A stretch of DNA of 64,000 bases, from the sequence record PZ019085.1. One strand, given 5' to 3'. The translations under genes were made by a program, and so were the position numbers. This document shows, piece by piece, positions 59,340 through 64,000 of this stretch (positions within the stretch are counted from its first letter, which is position 1; each line of letters starts with the position of its first letter). The DNA is from a phage. The notes beneath the pieces were generated by a model. It was not told where the DNA came from, ran no database searches, and was given only the letters and a program-made list of their open reading frames with translations.

Positions 59340-59759
59340 ATGAATATTGCAAATCTCTCTATTGGTGATTATGTACACGTATCAGATGCTTCTCGCTCTA
59401 AAGTTGCTGGTAAGTTGGTCGAAGTTCTTTCTGTGAGTGATCCGGTTTTTGGACGTAACGAAGTTAAAGTTCGTGACGCTGATGGTAACATTGGTTACGT
59501 TAAAAGCCAATTCATCGAGCCAGAAGAACGCGCGTTCAAATGGAAACTGTGCAGATCGGTTTTAGTTGTAAAAGACCACGAGTTCACCATTGCTGCGGCA
59601 ACAGATGGAACACCGTGGACAACGAATCAAGTTGCTGGTTTTATTTCGGACCAATGGGTAGAAGATGGTGTTAAGCTTTATAACATCGTTTTCGCTGGAC
59701 AGTTCATAGTAGTTCCTGAGTTCCAAATCAAAAAATATTGTCCAGCATCTTTTGCATAA
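59340..59759 (+). CDS. Hypothetical protein, member of a tandem paralog triplet
   Basis: SRSKVAGKLVEV ... GFISDQWVEDGVKLYNIVFAGQFIVV. Confidence 0.55.
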   Translation: MNIANLSIGDYVHVSDASRSKVAGKLVEVLSVSDPVFGRNEVKVRDADGNIGYVKSQFIEPEERAFKWKLCRSVLVVKDHEFTIAAATDGTPWTTNQVAGFISDQWVEDGVKLYNIVFAGQFIVVPEFQIKKYCPASFA

Positions 59760-59763
59760 AGTT

Positions 59764-59814
59764 GTTTACTTCTCCTCTGGTTTTGATATTATACCCATAT
59801 CAACCAGAGGAGAA
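59764..59814 (+). promoter_or_regulatory. Early promoter with 13-bp inverted repeat ttctcctctggtt/aaccagaggagaa bracketing the -10 and forming the SD
   Basis: gtttac at 59764-59769, tattat at 59787-59792; repeat arms 59770-59782 and 59802-59814. Confidence 0.55.
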
Positions 59815-59818
59815 TAAT

Positions 59819-60343
59819 ATGTTAGTTTACCGCGTAGAACGTAGTTTTTGTACTCAACGTGAATCATTACCAGGAATTGCTATTGAAGACGGTAAAGCCG
59901 TCAGAATTTGGGAAACCTCTTGGAATAAAGAACCTCGCTCGCCGTACGGTTGGTCGGGCACCGACAACTCTGAAGAAACATGGGAGTTCCTTGATAAGCA
60001 TGGAATACTCTCAGGTAACTTCTACCATCATGGCGACAACTATAATGTCCCTAATCGTCCTACAGTAAATGAAGACAAACTCCTTGAACAAAATATCTTA
60101 AGATACTATAGAATTGAGCACACATTTGAATTGAGTGAAGATTGGGCTCAATGGTTCTATTTTGGATTTGAAAGTGTTGACGCGGTTTATGCATGGTTTG
60201 ATGACCAGGTGGATGTTGAACTCTTGAAAGCTAAAGGATACTACATCGCTGTCTATGAAGCACCTGATTTCATCCTCGGAAGTTGTCAATTAATGTTTAG
60301 ACGTTCATTGGCAGAACAAGTTGATTTTATTTTGCTAAAATGA
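59819..60343 (+). CDS. Hypothetical protein
   Basis: ATG 59819 after agaggag. Confidence 0.5.
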   Translation: MLVYRVERSFCTQRESLPGIAIEDGKAVRIWETSWNKEPRSPYGWSGTDNSEETWEFLDKHGILSGNFYHHGDNYNVPNRPTVNEDKLLEQNILRYYRIEHTFELSEDWAQWFYFGFESVDAVYAWFDDQVDVELLKAKGYYIAVYEAPDFILGSCQLMFRRSLAEQVDFILLK

Positions 60344-60400
60344 TGTACAACAACTATGGTCTATGATACTATAGACCTATCAAAACAAGAGGAGAATATT

Positions 60401-60628
60401 ATGAAACGTCAAATCATTAAAAACGTAACTACTGATTCAAACATCGATGAGTTTGAAGATGTTCTGTTTAATCCTGATTTAGTTGTTGTACAGAAAAACT
60501 GGACTGAATTTTTATGCTACACTGAAGTGGTTTACGTTTACGAAAAACTCGGCGATGAAATGCCTATCTATGGTATCTTCCGTGAAATCACTGAAAACGG
60601 TACAACTTATTGGAAGGAAACTTACTAA
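60401..60628 (+). CDS. Hypothetical small protein
   Basis: ATG 60401 after gaggag. Confidence 0.4.
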   Translation: MKRQIIKNVTTDSNIDEFEDVLFNPDLVVVQKNWTEFLCYTEVVYVYEKLGDEMPIYGIFREITENGTTYWKETY

Positions 60629-61041
60629 TGGCTAATAAATTTGAAGTTAATAAATGGTATCAGTTCATAGATAAACGTGCCCAAGAAGAGTTTATTAAAG
60701 ACCACACTGATAATGGGATTTATGCACGCCGTCTTGGCATGGAGCCATTTAAAATATTAGATGTTGACCATCTTGGACGTCCTACTAAACTTGTGACATC
60801 TACTGGCACGGTTGGGTACGCAACAGGCGGTGATATTCTTGATGAAAACTTTATCTGGCTCTCCACGAATGAAGCAGAGTTCTTTGACGAAGTTGGAAAT
60901 CCATATCAAGATTCTGAAGAGCAAGATTCTGATGAACTTGGCGAATTGTCTGAATTTCCTGCGATGACGATTACTATCGAAAATAACGACCAGGCATGGT
61001 CTTTGTATCAAATGTTGAAAGCACATTTTAAGGAACAATAA
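60628..61041 (+). CDS. Hypothetical acidic protein
   Basis: ORF track. Confidence 0.45.
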   Translation: MANKFEVNKWYQFIDKRAQEEFIKDHTDNGIYARRLGMEPFKILDVDHLGRPTKLVTSTGTVGYATGGDILDENFIWLSTNEAEFFDEVGNPYQDSEEQDSDELGELSEFPAMTITIENNDQAWSLYQMLKAHFKEQ

Positions 61042-61220
61042 TGCCTTTATACGACTATAAATGTCAATCTGAAGATTGTGGTCATGAATATGAAAAAATT
61101 AAAAGGATTTCTGAACGAGAAAACGATGTTTGCCCTGAATGTCATCGTCTGTCTACTCGTCGGGTTTCTGCTCCTAAACATGTGAACGGTGGTTTTTACG
61201 ACTTACTTAAGAAGGGTTAA
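61041..61220 (+). CDS. FmdB-type zinc-ribbon small protein
   Basis: [18 protein letters not shown] ... CPEC, classic FmdB zinc-ribbon pattern; 59 aa, below the track cutoff. Confidence 0.45.
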   Translation: MPLYDYKCQSEDCGHEYEKIKRISERENDVCPECHRLSTRRVSAPKHVNGGFYDLLKKG

Positions 61221-61222
61221 TT

Positions 61223-61669
61223 ATGGCTTTTAATACGTCTTTTAAAGGTTTTAAAGGTTTTGAAGTTGGTAAGAAATATCGTATTATCAAAGGACAGGAA
61301 GATAATTTCTTGAGAATTCTTAATACGACCGGTAAACGTCTTAATACTAATCTGCATACTACTTTATTGTCTAAAGATTTTATTGTGGAAGAGATGATTG
61401 GTTATGGTGTTTCAGTGATTGCCGTAGAAGCCGTAGGTGATTATGGCCGAACTATTCATAGTATGCAAGGTGATATTCTGATTTATGGTGCAGAATTTAA
61501 ATTCTTTGAAGAAGTTCCGGAACCAGATACAGCTGTCGATTTCAAAAAAGGCTCTATAGAATTTGTTGATGGTTCGGTGATCGTATCAGGCGATGTGGTC
61601 ATTACAGTTAAAAGTGAACAAGGGCGTTTAGCTGCAATTGATACACTTCAGAAAATTAAATTTAAATAA
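61223..61669 (+). CDS. Hypothetical protein
   Basis: ORF track. Confidence 0.45.
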   Translation: MAFNTSFKGFKGFEVGKKYRIIKGQEDNFLRILNTTGKRLNTNLHTTLLSKDFIVEEMIGYGVSVIAVEAVGDYGRTIHSMQGDILIYGAEFKFFEEVPEPDTAVDFKKGSIEFVDGSVIVSGDVVITVKSEQGRLAAIDTLQKIKFK

Positions 61670-61710
61670 GGGCTTAGGCCCTTTTTGCTTTAGATTTCGG
61701 ATGATAGAAT
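61668..61710 (+). promoter_or_regulatory. Terminator hairpin followed by a MotA-type middle promoter (TGCTTTA, -10 tagaat) for gene 39
   Basis: aagggc-ttag-gccctt plus T-run; TGCTTTA at 61686-61692, tagaat at 61705-61710; shares a cggatgatagaat core with the gene 47 promoter. Confidence 0.5.
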
Positions 61711-61732
61711 ACCTTCATAACGAGGAGACAAC

Positions 61733-63550
61733 ATGATTAAAAATGAAATTAAGGTATTGTCAGATGTAGAACATATTAAGAAACGTAGTGGTATGTATAT
61801 TGGTTCTTCGGCCAAAGAAGCACATGAGCGTTTTTTGTTCGGTAAATATCAACAAGTTGAATATGTTCCTGGTCTGGTTAAATTAATCGATGAGATTATT
61901 GACAACTCGGTTGATGAAGCTATTCGTACATCATTTAAGTTTGCAAATAAAATTGATGTGCAAATTAAAAATAATCAAGTTTCGGTGGAAGATAACGGAC
62001 GTGGTATTCCTCAAGGTTTAGTTACCGACCAAACAGGTGAACAAATTCCTGGGCCTGTAGCAGCCTGGACTATTCCAAAGGCCGGTGGTAACTTTGGTGA
62101 TGACTCTGAACGCAAGACCGGTGGTATGAACGGCGTCGGGAGTAGTTTAACCAATATCTTCTCTACGTTGTTTACAGGCATTACGTCAGATGGCGAAAAT
62201 GAAATCACTGTTAACTGTTCAAATGGAATGGAAAACAAATCATGGTCTTCTAAGAAATCTAAAGGTAAAGGCACTAAAGTAATCTTCACTCCTGATTTCA
62301 CTTCATTTGAAGAGCATAATTTATCTCAAATTTATTTAGATATTACTTTAGACCGACTTCAAACATTGGCAGTCGTTTATCCTGATATCAAGTTCACATT
62401 TAATGGTAAAAAGGTTGATGGTAATTTTAAACGATTTGCTAAACAATTTGGTGAAGATAACATCATTCAAGAAAATGATAAAGTCTCTATAGCATTCACA
62501 ACATCACCAGATGGCTTCCGTCATTTAACTTATGTGAATAACATCCATACTAAAAACGGCGGTCATCATGTTGAATGTGTAATGGATGATATCTGCGAAC
62601 ATCTTTTGCCTGGTATCAAAAAGAAATATAAGGGTATTGAAGTCACTAAAGCTCGTGTTAAAGAATGCCTCACAATGTTGATGTTTATTAGAGACATGAG
62701 CAACATGCGTTTTGATTCTCAGACTAAAGAACGTTTAACGTCAACGTACGGTGATATTCGTAATCATATCCAATTAGATGCTAAGAAAATTGCTCAGGCA
62801 CTTCTTAAAAACGAAGCCTTGATTATGCCTATTGTTGAAGCAGCATTAGCTCGTAAATTGGCGGCAGAAAAGGCTGCAGAAACTAAAGCGGCTAAAAAGG
62901 CAACTAAAGCTAAGGTTCATAAGCATATTAAAGCTAACCAATGTGGTAAAGATGCAGATACGACATTGTTCTTAACAGAAGGTGATTCGGCAATTGGTTA
63001 TCTCATTGATGTTCGTGACCGTGAACTACATGGTGGATTCCCATTACGTGGTAAGGTGATGAATAGCTGGGGTATGTCATATGCTGATATGATGAAGAAC
63101 AAAGAGCTCTTTGATATCTGTGCTATCACAGGTCTTATTCTTGGTGAAAAGGCAGAGAATACGAACTATCGTAATATTGCAATTATGACCGATGCCGATC
63201 ATGACGGTCTTGGAAGTATCTATCCGGCTTTGCTTGCTTTCTTTAGTAATTGGCCTGAATTGTTTGAACAAGGACGTATTCGCTTTGTTAAAACGCCTGT
63301 AATTATTGCACAAATTGGCAAAACTCAAAAATGGTTTTATACTGTAGCTGAGTATGAAGAAGTTAAAGATACACTGCCTAAGCATAGTATTCGATACATC
63401 AAGGGATTAGGCTCCCTTGAAAAGTCAGAATATCGTGAAATGATTCAGAACCCTGTGTACGACGTAGTTAAACTTCCTGAAAATTGGAAAGAACTCTTTG
63501 AAATGTTGATGGGTGACGATTCAGAACTTCGTAAAGAATGGATGTCCTAA
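61733..63550 (+). CDS. 39: Type II DNA topoisomerase ATPase/Toprim subunit (gp39, uninterrupted)
   Basis: GHKL ATPase motifs (IDNSVDEA, GRGIP, GGMNGVG) and Toprim (LTEGDSA); single 605-aa ORF. Confidence 0.9.
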   Translation: MIKNEIKVLSDVEHIKKRSGMYIGSSAKEAHERFLFGKYQQVEYVPGLVKLIDEIIDNSVDEAIRTSFKFANKIDVQIKNNQVSVEDNGRGIPQGLVTDQTGEQIPGPVAAWTIPKAGGNFGDDSERKTGGMNGVGSSLTNIFSTLFTGITSDGENEITVNCSNGMENKSWSSKKSKGKGTKVIFTPDFTSFEEHNLSQIYLDITLDRLQTLAVVYPDIKFTFNGKKVDGNFKRFAKQFGEDNIIQENDKVSIAFTTSPDGFRHLTYVNNIHTKNGGHHVECVMDDICEHLLPGIKKKYKGIEVTKARVKECLTMLMFIRDMSNMRFDSQTKERLTSTYGDIRNHIQLDAKKIAQALLKNEALIMPIVEAALARKLAAEKAAETKAAKKATKAKVHKHIKANQCGKDADTTLFLTEGDSAIGYLIDVRDRELHGGFPLRGKVMNSWGMSYADMMKNKELFDICAITGLILGEKAENTNYRNIAIMTDADHDGLGSIYPALLAFFSNWPELFEQGRIRFVKTPVIIAQIGKTQKWFYTVAEYEEVKDTLPKHSIRYIKGLGSLEKSEYREMIQNPVYDVVKLPENWKELFEMLMGDDSELRKEWMS

Positions 63551-63575
63551 GCTCCTTCGGGAGCTTCATTTTAAT
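63550..63575 (+). terminator. Terminator-like UUCG hairpin after gene 39
   Basis: agctcc-ttcg-ggagct followed by a U-rich tract. Confidence 0.5.
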
Positions 63576-63592
63576 TTTAATAAGGCTTAATT

Positions 63593-64000
63593 ATGAAAGT
63601 TATGTTTATCCCATCTCGTGCAGTCCCATTTAATCCTGACCGTGTACAAGGTGGTCTTGAGGCAGTACATTTAAATGTGTTGAAATATCTTGTGTCCATC
63701 GGTGCTGATATTGATTATATCGGCTTTGATAATGACACGTTTGGTGACTGGAAAGTTACACACCATCCTGTTGGTCATCTGACTAAATTCAGTCTAGGTA
63801 TGAGTTATACTATGGCCCGTAAGATTGTTGAACTAGCCGGCATCCATGAATACGATTTTGTTGTTACTATGGAACCGACTAAACTAACCGTTCAGGCAAT
63901 TAAAGACGCAGGTCTCTCTAAAGTTCATAAGAATTTTATGGCTACGCCGTTTGAACCGGTGTCTCGTGGTATTGTTCAAATTTGGGATCAGACTATCCAG
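63593..64000 (+). CDS. Glycosyltransferase, GT-B/GT4-like (3' partial, runs off the window)
   Basis: MKVMFIPSRAVPFNPDRVQGGLEAVHLNVLKYLVSIGADIDYIGF resembles the GT4 N-terminal domain; ATG 63593 after aagg; no stop within the window. Confidence 0.55.
   Translation, partial: MKVMFIPSRAVPFNPDRVQGGLEAVHLNVLKYLVSIGADIDYIGFDNDTFGDWKVTHHPVGHLTKFSLGMSYTMARKIVELAGIHEYDFVVTMEPTKLTVQAIKDAGLSKVHKNFMATPFEPVSRGIVQIWDQTIQ

Noticed and set aside
1689-60400. Repeated GTTTAC...TATAGACCTATCAA elements as a possible CRISPR array or dispersed mobile repeat
   Set aside because: Copies are dispersed at gene starts with variable spacing and orientation-consistent promoter geometry, not arrayed with uniform spacers; they are best explained as early promoters.
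61733-63550. Split topoisomerase (gene 39 plus gene 60 with translational bypass) as in T4
   Set aside because: A single 605-aa ORF covers the ATPase and Toprim regions; there is no gap, bypass hairpin or inserted mob gene.
1-64000. Homing endonucleases (GIY-YIG, HNH seg/mob genes), integrase or transposase
   Set aside because: No GIY-YIG, HNH, tyrosine or serine recombinase or DDE motifs were recognised in any ORF; the only nuclease-like genes are 49, 47, denV and dexA.

Overview
This window is a contiguous block from a T4-like (Tevenvirinae) lytic coliphage, collinear with the T4 early/middle region from lysozyme (e) to topoisomerase gene 39, and presented as the reverse complement of the usual T4 map. 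Almost all genes are on the + strand. The DNA polymerase (gp43) sequence matches what I recall of the RB69-type enzyme, so this is probably RB69 or a close relative; that identification is from memory, not a database search. Recognisable core genes include nudE, e, denV, tk, nrdC, 49, nrdD, nrdG, 55, 47, 46, 45, 44, 62, regA, 43, 42, uvsX, 41, 61, 56, soc, dda, dexA and 39. Between them lie many small hypothetical genes. The most interesting signal is a sugar-nucleotide biosynthesis island between gp43 and gp42 (SIS-domain isomerase, nucleotidyltransferase/kinase fusion, HAD phosphatase, Cys-rich protein), together with a GT4-like glycosyltransferase after gene 39 and no T4-type alpha/beta-glucosyltransferase at the syntenic positions. 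This points to a non-glucose sugar hypermodification of hydroxymethylcytosine DNA, most plausibly the arabinosyl-hmC reported for RB69-like phages. Other notable features are a macro-domain protein, four internal proteins with a capsid-targeting leader, a GrcA-like glycyl-radical cofactor with a host-like 3' half, a ModA/ModB-like ADP-ribosyltransferase pair, and a recurring early promoter architecture in which an inverted repeat brackets the -10 box and overlaps the ribosome-binding site. No tRNA, CRISPR array, intron, intein, homing endonuclease or integrase was found. All calls rest on reading the translations and motifs by eye; no searches were run.
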